IMG/VR virus record: IMGVR_UViG_3300021399_000005
Location: 1-64,000 of that record
Direction: 5' to 3' (one strand)
Source of the DNA: a virus
Lineage: Duplodnaviria; Caudoviricetes
Length of the DNA: 64,000 nucleotides
Both the position numbers and the translations under genes were made by a program. A model generated the notes under the pieces. The model did not search any database and was not told the origin of the DNA. It was given only the letters and a program-made list of their open reading frames with translations. How positions within the stretch are numbered: position 1 is the first letter of the stretch; each line of letters begins with the position of its first letter. Below are positions 40,404 through 50,621 of the stretch, piece after piece.

Positions 40404-40931
40404 ATGGTTGTTGAAGAAATTTTTTCTGAAATTTCTGCGCACATGATAAAGGGCTTAATGGTTCATGACCAAATGGCAAGATATTATTGTTTTTTAAATT
40501 TAAAGAGTTATGAAGAATGTCATAAAAACCATTATTTATGTGAAAGTAAAAATTATTCAGATTTAAACTGTTATTTTTGTTCTCATCATGAAAAATTGAT
40601 AAAAGAAAAGCCAGTTTCAGACCCAAAAATAATTCCTACTGCATGATATTCTTATCAGAAACGAGATGTAGATGCAACAACAAAAAGAAATGCAGTGAAG
40701 ACTGGTCTTGAAAAATGAATAGAATGAGAGCAAGAAACTTTAGACTTATATTCTAAAATGTATAAAGAGTTGCTTGAAATTGGAGAGGTTCTTGATGCTG
40801 CATATATTTTAAAATTAATAAAAGAAGTAGATAAAGAACTAGTAAATGCAACGTCTTTTTACTTAGATAAAAAATCATGCGATTTTAATATTAATAATAT
40901 TATTAACGAACAAAAAGGAGAGCTATTTTAA
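40404..40931 (+). CDS. Ferritin-like four-helix protein, 175 aa (TGA=Trp)
   Basis: Reads through three TGAs to TAA 40929-40931; helical, with E/H spacing (H..H...E..H...E; W.EWEQET..LY) reminiscent of ferritin-like folds. Confidence 0.55.
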
Positions 40932-40965
40932 AGCCCTCCTTTTTTAATTTAATAGGAGGGCTAAT

Positions 40966-41829
40966 ATGAGTGAAAATAAATTAAAAATAAAAACGCTTCC
41001 TTCAGAAACAGACCCAAATATCATAGTACCTGTTGTCTCTCCAAAAGCCGTACAGGGAACTTTTCCAAAAATATTAGAAAAAGACACAACAAATGCAAAT
41101 CTTGATGAATTTTTAACTGATTTAAAAAGTTACCTTGAAGGTTTGGGTACAACTATCTCAAATGTGATAGACTTAGAATTTAATAAAAGGTTTCCAGCTA
41201 GTGAAGAAACTGGAATTTCTTGAGAACAAACTTTACAAAATCAATGTAATGATTTGAAAACAAGAGTTGGGCAAATTGAAGATACAATGTTACCAGTAGG
41301 AATGATAATAAAATCTTATGATTTTGAACATTACCCAGATGGTTCAACTATTGAGTGAGTGAATGATGAATTTAATCTTAGTGACACTCCTTCTGGTTGA
41401 GAATTGGTGGAAACACAAGAAGTTTTAACTTGTTTTAAAACAATAGTAAGAACAACTAGTTATCAGACTGACGCTGAGAATATTTGTACCATTGAAGAAA
41501 TGTGAAATTTTTTTAAAGAAAAATATTCTGATTTTGAGGCTCCTACCTTTGGAGATGTTGATTCTTATAAAATTATTGACGGAAAGGTTAAAAAAATTCA
41601 AGAAGATATTCAAAGTCGTCTTTTTGGAACCGTTGTTAATGGAGATGCAAATCCTAAATCTACTGGTCGTCAACACCATATGGAAAGTTTGCATTATTTA
41701 CCTCAAGGCGATTCTCATTTGGTATATGTTGTTTGACAAATGTATAATGATGGAAAAATATCTCCAATGCGTTTTAATGTAACTTTTAATACACTAAGAC
41801 CATGTTTTGTTTGAAGGAAGGTGGGTTAA
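40966..41829 (+). CDS. Putative baseplate/fibre protein, 287 aa (TGA=Trp)
   Basis: LPVGMII motif and C-terminal 'FVW(TGA)RKVG'; TAA 41827-41829. Confidence 0.65.
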
Positions 41830-41832
41830 AAA

Positions 41833-42687
41833 ATGGCAGAAGAAAATATTAATGCAAGATTAAAGGTTTTGCAACCTGATGATAATTCTGCTTATGTTAA
41901 TCCAGTAACAAAAGCAGAGGCGGTAAATTACAATAATACTACAGTAAAAGCTTTTTTAGATAGTTTAAACGAAAGAATTTCTAGAATAGAAGGAAATGCT
42001 GATGCGCAAATTACTATAACTAATATTGATAACTGTATTGTTCCTGGTAAGGTGTATAATTATACTGGAACTCAGAATACGCCAAGCACAACAAAAAATA
42101 AATGAATTATTTGGGCCTATCCAGGAAATAACATGATTGTTCAATATGCTAGTGATGGGCAATCAACTTATGTTAGAACTGGAACAAAAACATCTGGTTC
42201 AACTTATAATTTTTCTTCTTGAGTAAAAATGTTCTCTTTAAATGAAGCTTATCCTGTTGGAGCTATTTATATTGGTTTACAAGATATAAATCCATCAACT
42301 TTAATGGGCGGCTCTTGAGAAAAAATTGAAGATGAATATTTTTTACGTGCGGCAAGCGCTAATGTAGGCACCACAGGCGGCCAAAATAGTTTTATGTTAC
42401 AAAAAAATCAACTGCCTCCTCATAAACATTTATTTCATTCACAAGATTATAGTATGACTTGAGGTAGGGGTGATATGAATGTTTGACTTAATACTCTTGC
42501 TTATAGTGGAATTCAGCAAGCGGGTAATTTTTTGGGAACATATCAAGGAAAAAGAAATGATGGGTTAGGTTCAAGAGCAACTAGTGACAAATTAGTAGAA
42601 ACTAGTGAATTTGATGAAATTGTTCAACAAAATATCAATAATCAACCAGCCTATATAAATGTTTATATGTGAAAGAGGGTGGCATAA
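41833..42687 (+). CDS. Putative baseplate/fibre protein, 284 aa (TGA=Trp)
   Basis: AYPVGAIYI..NPSTLMGGSW(TGA)EKI..QLPPHKH..NNQPAYINVYMW(TGA)KRVA; TAA 42685-42687. Confidence 0.75.
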
Positions 42688-43514
42688 TGTCGATTTTAAA
42701 AATGAAATTTTTACAAGGCAAATCTGGAGATCAATATAACTACCCCGTAACAAAATCAGATGGAGTTTTTTTTGACGACCAAGGGAACAAAACATTAAAA
42801 AGTTTTATTGATAGCGACTTAAAAACTTTATCATGATTACCTTCAAAAAGCATAGAGAATAAGCATTTAAAAAACGCAAGTGTAACAAGAGATAACATTG
42901 GGACAGGTGCAATATCAACAACTAAAATAGCAGATGAAGCTGTTACAAATCAAAAAATAAAAAAATATGAAGCAAATAAACCTGGTTCTGGAATTCAAAC
43001 AGATAGAATAGCAGATGGAGCTATTACAGATGCAAAAATTCTTGCTTTTAATGGCGACGTTGGAGGCATTTCTGGAGATAAAATTAAAGATGGCGCAATT
43101 ACTTTAGAAAAAGCTGCTTTTGGGCAAATAGAGTTAATTTATTCTGGAGTTCCAGTAGGAACAAGTGGTAAAGCGAATGTAACTGGATTAGATAAGTATA
43201 GATGTTTAATTTTGGGCGTTACAAATGGAGGGCCTTCCACTGTTGGAAGCGATGGAAATCAAAATGGAGGAAGTATGTTGGCAACAATAATGATTCCTTT
43301 AATTAAAGAATCAGAAGGCACTTTTGCTTATAGGCCTTTTACTAATGTTCATCAAGCCTTTTTTCCAGATATAAAAGAAGATGGAACAGGAAGTTATAAT
43401 ACTTATTCTGCTTGGTTTCAATTTGACTCTAATTCAACCTCATCTGGGAAAGTTTGATTGGCAGAAAGAGCAGGTGCTTCATACAGTGGCTTAGTTTTAT
43501 TCGGTATAAAATAA
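42687..43514 (+). CDS. Tail protein with 'IADGAIT..KI' repeats, 275 aa (TGA=Trp)
   Basis: TAATG coupling; KIADEAVT/RIADGAIT/KIKDGAIT repeats; co-frame with ORF 43212; TAA 43512-43514. Confidence 0.7.
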
Positions 43515-43534
43515 ATAAAAAGGAGGAATTTTTT

Positions 43535-43783
43535 ATGAAAATTAATTGGAAATTACGTTATTTAAACAAAACTACTTTAGTTGCTTTAGTAACAACAACA
43601 GTAGCTTTTATTTATCAGCTTTTAGGTATTTTTGGAGTTGTATCTCCTATTAGTCAAGATACAGTTACAACTTTAATGATGACTATTATTAATATTCTGG
43701 CAGTTTTAGGTATTGTGATTGATCCAACCACGAAAGGTATTAATGATAGTGTCAGAGCGCAAGGATATAAAGAACTTGGATAA
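43535..43783 (+). CDS. Holin, phiLC3 family, 82 aa
   Basis: MKINWKLR..NK, two hydrophobic segments, LGIVIDPTTKGINDS signature; AGGAGG RBS; its Trp is TGG. Confidence 0.9.
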   Translation: MKINWKLRYLNKTTLVALVTTTVAFIYQLLGIFGVVSPISQDTVTTLMMTIINILAVLGIVIDPTTKGINDSVRAQGYKELG

Positions 43784-44030
43784 TTTTGAAGAATACTTAG
43801 AAAGTATAGATAATTTAGAAAAATGCTCATTTTTTCGTCTGCCTCCTAAAATTACTGTTGGGCAGACGAAAAAATTATTCAATAAATACCTAACGCTTCT
43901 TGATGAAAATAGTTTTTTGGTTAGAGAAACAAAAAATCAATTAAAAATTTTAAGTTATTATCCAGACCATTGACTTGCAGCAGAAGCGTTTCAAGTGGAG
44001 GGATTAGTATGCAACCATACGAAAAGTTAA
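43776..44030 (+). CDS. Small hypothetical protein (start uncertain; one TGA)
   Basis: Fills the gap between holin and lysin; track ORF 43719..43973 extends through TGA to TAA 44028-44030. Confidence 0.4.
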
Positions 44031-46258
44031 AAAAAGGTGCCCACGAAGTAATGCTTTTCCCAACAACATCTTGGTCTGTTTCTCAATATTGAGGACCTCT
44101 TGATGGAGGGTCACATTGTTGTGGGAATCCTATGGACATTGGAAACTCTGTATTATACGCTCCTTGTACAATGACAAAATCTACCTATGGGATAGACCCT
44201 ACAACAAACTGTGATTTATGATATTCTTCTGATTCTGCGGGACACCCTGCAGAAGTATGAGTTCCAAGTCGCAAAGAACCTGTTATAGTAACTCTTATTG
44301 TCGCACATCAAGATTCCCCTATGCATAGAGGAGGAACTGTAGTGCCACAAGGAGGACCCTTAGCTCATGGACTTGGAACATTTATGGGTGGTCATTCTGG
44401 AGGGTGCCCACCTCACGTACATATTGAATTTGGAATTTCTCCAGATGGAAGCAATGTTTTAATTCAAGGAGGCTGCACAGGCCCTATTGTAGGAACTTGC
44501 TATCAATGTCAATATACAGACCCATATTATGATGTATGTTTTATGAATGATACAAATGGAGCAGAAAGCAGTCCTTTTGCTTCACATCATCAATTTGCAA
44601 AAGGTTTAAGCTGATTTGTGCCTGCTGAAAGTAGGAGTTTAGCTGCTACAGATGATGAGATGTTTAATAATATGCGTTGCGTATATGGTTTTTTTAAATG
44701 TTTAGATGAAATAGACGGTTTAAATGAATTATATAAAGCCAAGGCTACCGCATGAACAGATGGCGCAATAGCTGGTATGTTAGCAAACATGCAAAATGAA
44801 TCTAGTGTAAATCCAAATAGATGAGAGAATAATACTCCTTATGGTGTTACCATAGGTGGAGGTCCGAATGGATATGGATTAGTTCAATGAACTCCACATA
44901 CTAATATAATTAATATTTTACAAATTATGATTGGAGAAAGCGGTCAGCCAATTTGAACTGAAAAAGATAGAGACCCAACTGTTTTAGGAAATGCAGAATG
45001 TCAAGAAATTTTTATTGAATATTGTCAAGGACAACAATGAATTGCTGTTGATGGAGTAAGCTGAGAAACTTGGGCACATAGTGATGCCTATGACTCTGCG
45101 TCCGGCGCGAGCACTGCCGCTATGATTTTTCAACAAGATTATGAAAGACCTTCTCAGATTGACTCAGATCGAGGAGTGTTAGCAACTCAAATTTATCGAA
45201 GAATTAAAGATGAAAAATGAGATAAAGAAATGCCTGCGGGAATGCTTAAAGCAGAAATTATTAATCCTTGAGATTTAGCTACTGTTGTTGAAAATGGTAT
45301 ATTTAAAATAAAAAAAGATTTTATACCTGTTTATTGATGCCCTAGAGATCCAAAAAGAAAAGATGCTATTACTTTTGAACTTGACCATTATTTATTTGTA
45401 AAAGATGGAATTTTGCCATATGAAAGAGTTTATTTCGGTCCCGGCGGTTTCCCCGCAAAAGACCCAGATAGAGCAATTGTAACAACTTGATTTGCTTGAG
45501 GTGGAAATGAATATGGGCATTATTTTGCTCCTTCTGTAAACGCAATTACAGAATCTCAATCAATTTTTTTGGCACCTTATAAAAAAACTGGAAATGAGTT
45601 CGAAGTAGATAAAGATTTCTTTGAAGTTTACTTTCCTCTTGAACAAGAGAAAAGTTTAGTTGAAGAACCATATAATAAAAAGGTTCTTTTCAAAAGTGAT
45701 GAACTTCCAATTCAATATGATTTACTTCAGGTTGGAAGTTATGATGAAAGAGGAAAAAAGATTAGAAAATCAGCAGAAAAAATTCGAGTTTGAGGAGAAG
45801 AAAAAAATGCAGATGACACTTTTGTTTCTCTTTCTGAAAGTTCAACAACCTCACATTTTGTGGTAGACTCTAATAAAATTATTCAAATGATTTCTTTAGA
45901 CAGACAAGTTTATGCTTCTGGAGTATATGTTGAAAATGTAATTGATATTCATCTAACAAATACCGCAGATAATAATAATATGGAATTAGCACAATCTTTA
46001 ATAGCAGAACTATATTATTTTGAATATGTTAAAAATACCAATTCTTTAGATAGCGTTTTAAGTTTAAATGTTGCTACAAACATGCCTTTCAATGCCAGCT
46101 CTTTTAAAAGTGGAGTTATTCAAAAAATACAAAGGTTAAGACAACAAAGCTTAAATAAAGAACAGTCTAAAATATTGGCAAAAATAAAATCTCAAAAGAG
46201 ATATGAAACATATTGAAATAGAATAGGGGATATTTTAAATAAAAAGGAGTGAGAATAA
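44009..46258 (+). CDS. Multidomain peptidoglycan hydrolase: M23-like, phage tail lysozyme, degenerate amidase-like; 749 aa (many TGA=Trp)
   Basis: H...D and PHVHIE motifs; 'AW(TGA)TDGAIAGMLANMQNESSVNP..GYGLVQW(TGA)TP'; ORFs 44321, 45569 and 45860 are co-frame; TAA 46256-46258. Confidence 0.75.
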
Positions 46259-47709
46259 TGGATTATAATACCTTTTATAAGACATTTATAGGAACCGGTT
46301 GAGATGTTGATGGCTACTATGGCAATCAATGTTGAGATGGATACGCAAAATGGTGTATCGAAAATGATGTTCCTTTTTGCTATTGCACAAATAGCGGATA
46401 TGTAAAGGATATTTGAGAGCAGAGATATTCAAATGGAATTTTAAATTATTTTGATGAAGTAGAAACGCTTCAGCCAGGAGATGTTGTTCTTTTTACAGAG
46501 AATGCATATACTCCGTATAGTCATATTGCTTTATTCCATTCTGATATAGACGGAAGTCAAGGTTACTTTATGGGACAAAACCAGGGTGGATATAATGGTA
46601 ATTTTGATCTTTGCGCGCTGCCTTATTGAGGAACCTACACAACAGCATTTAGATTAAAAACAGCTACCCCAGCAGCAAATCCTATTGATGAATTAATACA
46701 AGAAGATGGTATTGCCACATTAACTGTAAGCGATGTTCGTGCAAGAAAAGGCGCGCCAAGTGGAGAAATCGTTAGAGTTTATAACGAAGGAGATAAAATT
46801 CATTATAATTGAAAGTATATTGGTAATGGTCATCGTTATATTGTATGACAAGAAAATGGAGAATATATTTTCTTAGCTATTTCTGGAACAGAAGACAGAA
46901 GTGAAATGTGGGCTACTTTCTCTGACCCTAATGAAACAACAGACAATCCTTCTGCTGGAGAATTTAATGAAGATACAAAAGAAGAATCTGTTAAAAAAGT
47001 TTTTGGATATGGAGTAGACATTTCTTCTTATAATGGAGATATTGATTTAACTCCTTATGATTTTGTCATTATTAGAATTAATGAAGGGGTTAAAATTGAT
47101 TCTATGTTTGAGACTAATGTGCGCAAATGTGAAGAATTAAATATTCCTTATGGGGTTTATTGATATGACTATGCGCTTAACCTTGATGGGGCCGCAGAAC
47201 AAGCAGAAATGGTACTTAAAGCAATTGAAGGAAAAAATATTTCTTGTGGAGTTTGGTTTGATATGGAAGATGCTGATGGCTTTAAAGCCGCAAATGGCAT
47301 TTTAACAAAAGAACACATTACTCCTCTTGTAAACAAATTCTTAGAAATCATCTCAAAAGCTGGATATTACTGTGGTGTCTACAGCACAGAAATCTGGTTT
47401 AATACTTATATGCCAGAAGTAGAATGTAATAAATGGATTGCTTTCTGGGGAATTAATGATGGAGAAGTTCATGGAGATTTCTCAGATAAAGCAGTTATGC
47501 ATCAATATACATCAGTTCCTCTTGATAAAGATTTAATTTATGTTCCTATTTCAGAACTTTCAAATAAAAAAGAGGAAAAGCCGTCTGAAGGTGTTACACC
47601 AGCAAAACCGCAAACTCCTACAGAAGAAGAAGAATTAGGAACTGGTTTTATTGCTTTATTAAAAAAGTTTTTAAAATGGATTAAAAAAATATTTAAAGAG
47701 GAAGACTAG
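46258..47709 (+). CDS. Endolysin: CHAP, SH3b-like and GH25 muramidase domains, 483 aa (7 TGA=Trp)
   Basis: DVDGYYGNQCW(TGA)DG...PGDVV...SHIAL...GQNQ CHAP motif; GVDISSYNG, VWFDMED and HQYTS GH25 motifs. Confidence 0.85.
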
Positions 47710-47725
47710 TTCTTCCTCTTTTTTC
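47697..47725 (+). terminator. Intrinsic terminator
   Basis: AGAGGAAGA-ctagt-TCTTCCTCT plus T run. Confidence 0.7.
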
Positions 47726-47749
47726 TTTTTTGAAAGGAGATTAGATATT

Positions 47750-48385
47750 ATGGCAACAACAAAAAAGAATTATAATAGACTTTCTGATGCACAAATTGCA
47801 GAAGAGATTTTAAATGGTGGTCTTTCTGATATTGAAGAAAGAAAAAAGATTTTAGGAAACAGATATGAAGCTATTCAATATTTAGTAACAAATAAATTAA
47901 TGACAGAAAAGAAAATAACTTCTCCAAAGAAAGGAGAAGATACTATTGTAAAAGATATTGCAAATGGAAAATGGGGAACTTCTGAAACAGACATTAAAAA
48001 AAGATTAAATATGTTAGGTTATGCAAACGATAAAGAAATTTTGAAAAAAGCTGATACAATTCGACAAAAGAAATATAAAGAATTTGCCGAACAGTTTAAT
48101 TCTAAAAAAATATCTTATGTTCAACTGTTAGAAATGTTAGATAAAGAAAAAATTAATTATTCTAAAATTCAACCATATGTGCGCGAACGTTCTGGAGATA
48201 TTCAAGTTGGCGATTATGTGCAGATTAAGCAAGGCGCCACAGATTTAAAAACAGGAAAAGCAATTCCAAATTATGTTATTCAATCTCAATATTTAGTGAA
48301 AAAAACCAATAGAAAAACTGTAACTATTGGAGATAAATTTAAAGAAATGGGAGTTATAGACAAAAACTTTATAATTAAACAATAG
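47750..48385 (+). CDS. Basic protein with Cpl-7-like cell-wall-binding repeats and no evident catalytic domain, 211 aa
   Basis: 'IAEEILNG..ERKKILGNRYEAIQ' and 'IVKDIANGKWG..RLNMLGY' resemble CW_7 repeats; C-terminal 'IQVGDYVQIK' is SH3-like. Confidence 0.6.
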   Translation: MATTKKNYNRLSDAQIAEEILNGGLSDIEERKKILGNRYEAIQYLVTNKLMTEKKITSPKKGEDTIVKDIANGKWGTSETDIKKRLNMLGYANDKEILKKADTIRQKKYKEFAEQFNSKKISYVQLLEMLDKEKINYSKIQPYVRERSGDIQVGDYVQIKQGATDLKTGKAIPNYVIQSQYLVKKTNRKTVTIGDKFKEMGVIDKNFIIKQ

Positions 48386-48396
48386 GGGGAATTAAA

Positions 48397-49596
48397 ATGG
48401 CAATAACATTTACATACGACAACGAGGTATATACAGTTCCCAATGACTCTGCGCTATCAGAAAATGGACAAATAAAAGTTCAAATTGGTTCTCATTATAA
48501 TCCAGATTCTTCTCGTTTAAAAATTGCTGTTCAATTTATTCATAATAATCCAAGATACCCTGGAACATACTATTGTCCAGAAGGTGGCGATGGAGTTGGA
48601 TACGGAACTGGGGGGCCAAATGATGGAAATTCTCATGCGGTTAGATTTAGATGAACTCTTACTCAAAATAATGCTATGTACCGTCAAGGAACAGTAAACT
48701 CAATAAATGTTTCACCAAACGCCCCTCAAACAATAATTCTTTTTAATCAAGTATTAAGTTGAGAATCTTTAAAAGAAGTGTTTCGTTTTAATTTTAAATG
48801 AGATGACAGTGTTATATATAAAGGATACTATGGAATTTACCAAGGAATTTATTATTGGGTAGATTTAAATTTTAATTTAAACTTATCTTTTGATTTATCT
48901 TCTGCTACTAATTCTTTTTATAGATTACAATACATCTCTAACTTAGACTCACCTTTTCGTTTAAAAGATTGACCAGAGAATAAAATTAATAATAAATATC
49001 CTAATGATACGAATTATAAGGTTTTAGCTGCGCCTGTATTAGAAGAAGGAAATAATATCGTTATTTCTTTTACTCACCAAGACTGGAAATATGAAAAAAC
49101 ATATCTCTGTAAATACGAGATTCCTCCCGTTTTCTTGTATTGAGAATCTGATACTTCAATGGATGGAAAAGATTTGGACGGAAATAAAAAAAGTGGAAAA
49201 GTTTGATACCCAAACGAAATTATTACTTCAAATTTTTTAGGAGGAACAATTAGCTTAAAAGCAATTTGACTTACATCTAGCACCAATCTTTCTCCTGTTG
49301 TAATAGATTTTTCAGATGCTACTCAAAGAGTACTAGAAAATTTTTCTGATGTTTCTCAATATGATGGTTGACTGGGGTCAAACGGCATAATATATCCTTT
49401 TGAAGGAAAAGATAAATTTTCTACCAATTTTACTTTTGTTTTAACTATAAATGAAGATGAGCATAGTCTTATTTGAGTAAAGACAGAAGATGGATGAAAG
49501 AAAGGTTTTCTTTGAGTAAAAACTTCTGATAGTGAATGAGAAAAGAGCCGTTCTGTTTTTGTAAAAACAGAAAATTCTTCTTGGCAATCTTCTTAA
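48397..49596 (+). CDS. Putative virion accessory protein, 399 aa (TGA=Trp)
   Basis: Reads through TGAs to TAA 49594-49596; C-terminal triple (W/F)VKT...W repeat like the 24010 gene. Confidence 0.7.
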
Positions 49597-49611
49597 ATTT
49601 TTTGTTATAAT
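49581..49611 (+). promoter_or_regulatory. SigmaA-type extended -10 promoter for the small ORF-hsp20-tRNA unit
   Basis: TGtTATAAT at 49603-49611; weak TTGGCA upstream. Confidence 0.55.
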
Positions 49612-49637
49612 AATAATAGAGAAAGGAGTAGATAATA

Positions 49638-49805
49638 ATGAAATTGAAAATTCGACAAAAAGACTTTCCTCAAGTAGAATTTCAATTATTTAAAACTATT
49701 TTTTTGCACTCCTTTTCTCTTGTAATATATTTTTTTGACAGTGATGAGGTTTACTATTATAGCGCAATCCCATGGGAAAATGGTTTTACTCTTGTTACTG
49801 TATAA
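49638..49805 (+). CDS. Small hypothetical protein, 55 aa
   Basis: AAGGAG RBS, ATG 49638, TAA 49803-49805; Trp encoded by TGG. Confidence 0.5.
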   Translation: MKLKIRQKDFPQVEFQLFKTIFLHSFSLVIYFFDSDEVYYYSAIPWENGFTLVTV

Positions 49806-49848
49806 GATTTTTTAGCCATTATAATAGGCAATAGGAGGTTATTTAATT

Positions 49849-50220
49849 ATGTATACTTATGATGATTTGTTTAATTTATTCTGGAACAAAGGTTCTTATT
49901 CTTTTGATAGGGCTGTACACGACATGTATCCTTATAAAATCAAAAAAGAAAAAGACAAAATAGTATTAATTCACAACGTAGTAGGAATTAATGAAGATGA
50001 CTTGATTATTGATATTGAGGAAAAAGATGGAAAAAATTATTTGGTAGTAAAAGGAGATACTAAAGACGAGGTCTTTGGAGACTACTCTATTAATTCCTCT
50101 TTTGAAATTAAACCAAATAGTTTTGAAAAAATTCAATATGAAGTTAAAAATGGAATTCTTCGCGTTTATTTGTTTAAAAAAGAACCAGAAGAAAAAACTT
50201 TACAAATCGAAAAGATTTAG
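49849..50220 (+). CDS. Small heat-shock protein (Hsp20/alpha-crystallin family)
   Basis: P.Y.I......L...V.GI..DDL.I....L.VKG..SF.........V.NGILRV.L.K.EPE...LQI pattern; AGGAGG RBS; no TGA. Confidence 0.8.
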   Translation: MYTYDDLFNLFWNKGSYSFDRAVHDMYPYKIKKEKDKIVLIHNVVGINEDDLIIDIEEKDGKNYLVVKGDTKDEVFGDYSINSSFEIKPNSFEKIQYEVKNGILRVYLFKKEPEEKTLQIEKI

Positions 50221-50251
50221 TATCATGGCGCGCATAGTAGCGCGCTTATAT

Positions 50252-50537
50252 ATGGGAGTAGTTTCAATGGTAAAACGATGGTCTTCAACCTGAAGGGTTA
50301 CTTCGGAAATTGGTGCCTTATAGTGGGGACATTGTAAGTGAAGGTGATGATATCGGTGAAACCTAAGTCTTTTAGATATGGTAATACCGAGGGAACGAAA
50401 GGCCCGTAGAGACTAGATAATCACCCGACTAGAACAGTCGAAGATATAGTCCAGCCCACAAACATAAAAATGGCGATGAAAATCGTAGATGGGAAGCAAC
50501 ACCATATTTGGGGGTTCGAATCCCTCCTCCCATGCCA
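50252..50537 (+). tRNA. tRNA-Trp(UCA), UGA-decoding suppressor, split by a group I intron (exons 50252-50285 and 50497-50537; 75 nt spliced)
   Basis: Acceptor ATGGGAG/CTCCCAT, G73, encoded CCA; D stem GTTT/AAAC; anticodon stem ATGGT/ACCAT; spliced loop CT-TCA-AC; T arm GGGGG-TTCGAAT-CCCTC; 4-nt variable loop. Confidence 0.9.
50286..50496 (+). ncRNA. Group I self-splicing intron (211 nt, no ORF) inside the tRNA anticodon
   Basis: Preceded by U and ends in G; core elements ATCGGTGAA (P), AATACCGAG (Q), GTAGAGACTA (R), AAGATATAGTCC (S); P7 GACTA/TAGTC; P3 GGTGAT/ATCACC. Confidence 0.9.
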
Positions 50538-50575
50538 GACAGAGTTCCTCACAACAGCGAGGTAAATATAAACAT

Positions 50576-50621
50576 AAAAATAGGGGAGTAACTTTAATTA
50601 GTTACTCCCCTTGCTTTTTTT
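50576..50621. terminator. Bidirectional terminator at the convergence of the + and - gene blocks
   Basis: AAAAA-t-AGGGGAGTAACT-ttaatt-AGTTACTCCCCT-tgc-TTTTTT. Confidence 0.7.

Noticed and set aside
85-49286. Short - strand and alternate-frame ORFs within the structural block (e.g. 21612..21965, 29550..29945, 32567..32941, 41492..41782)
   Set aside because: Antisense or off-frame shadows of long code-4 genes, with no RBS or recognisable motifs
1-49596. Interpreting the fragmented + strand ORFs as pseudogenes of a decayed prophage
   Set aside because: Breaks are TGA, frames are preserved across them, TGA falls at conserved Trp sites, and the fused genes abut with RBSs
49815-50229. GCCATTATA / TATCATGGC imperfect inverted repeat flanking hsp20
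   Set aside because: Only 8 of 9 bases match; too short to distinguish from chance
50252-50537. tRNA-Sec (also anticodon UCA)
   Set aside because: 7-bp acceptor stem, 4-nt variable loop and Trp-type identity elements; lacks the long variable arm and extended acceptor of tRNA-Sec; TGA aligns with Trp, not Cys
50538-50580. HDV-like (theta) ribozyme after the tRNA 3' end
   Set aside because: Only a short CCTC/GAGG hairpin is visible; I could not build the nested double pseudoknot; CCA is already encoded
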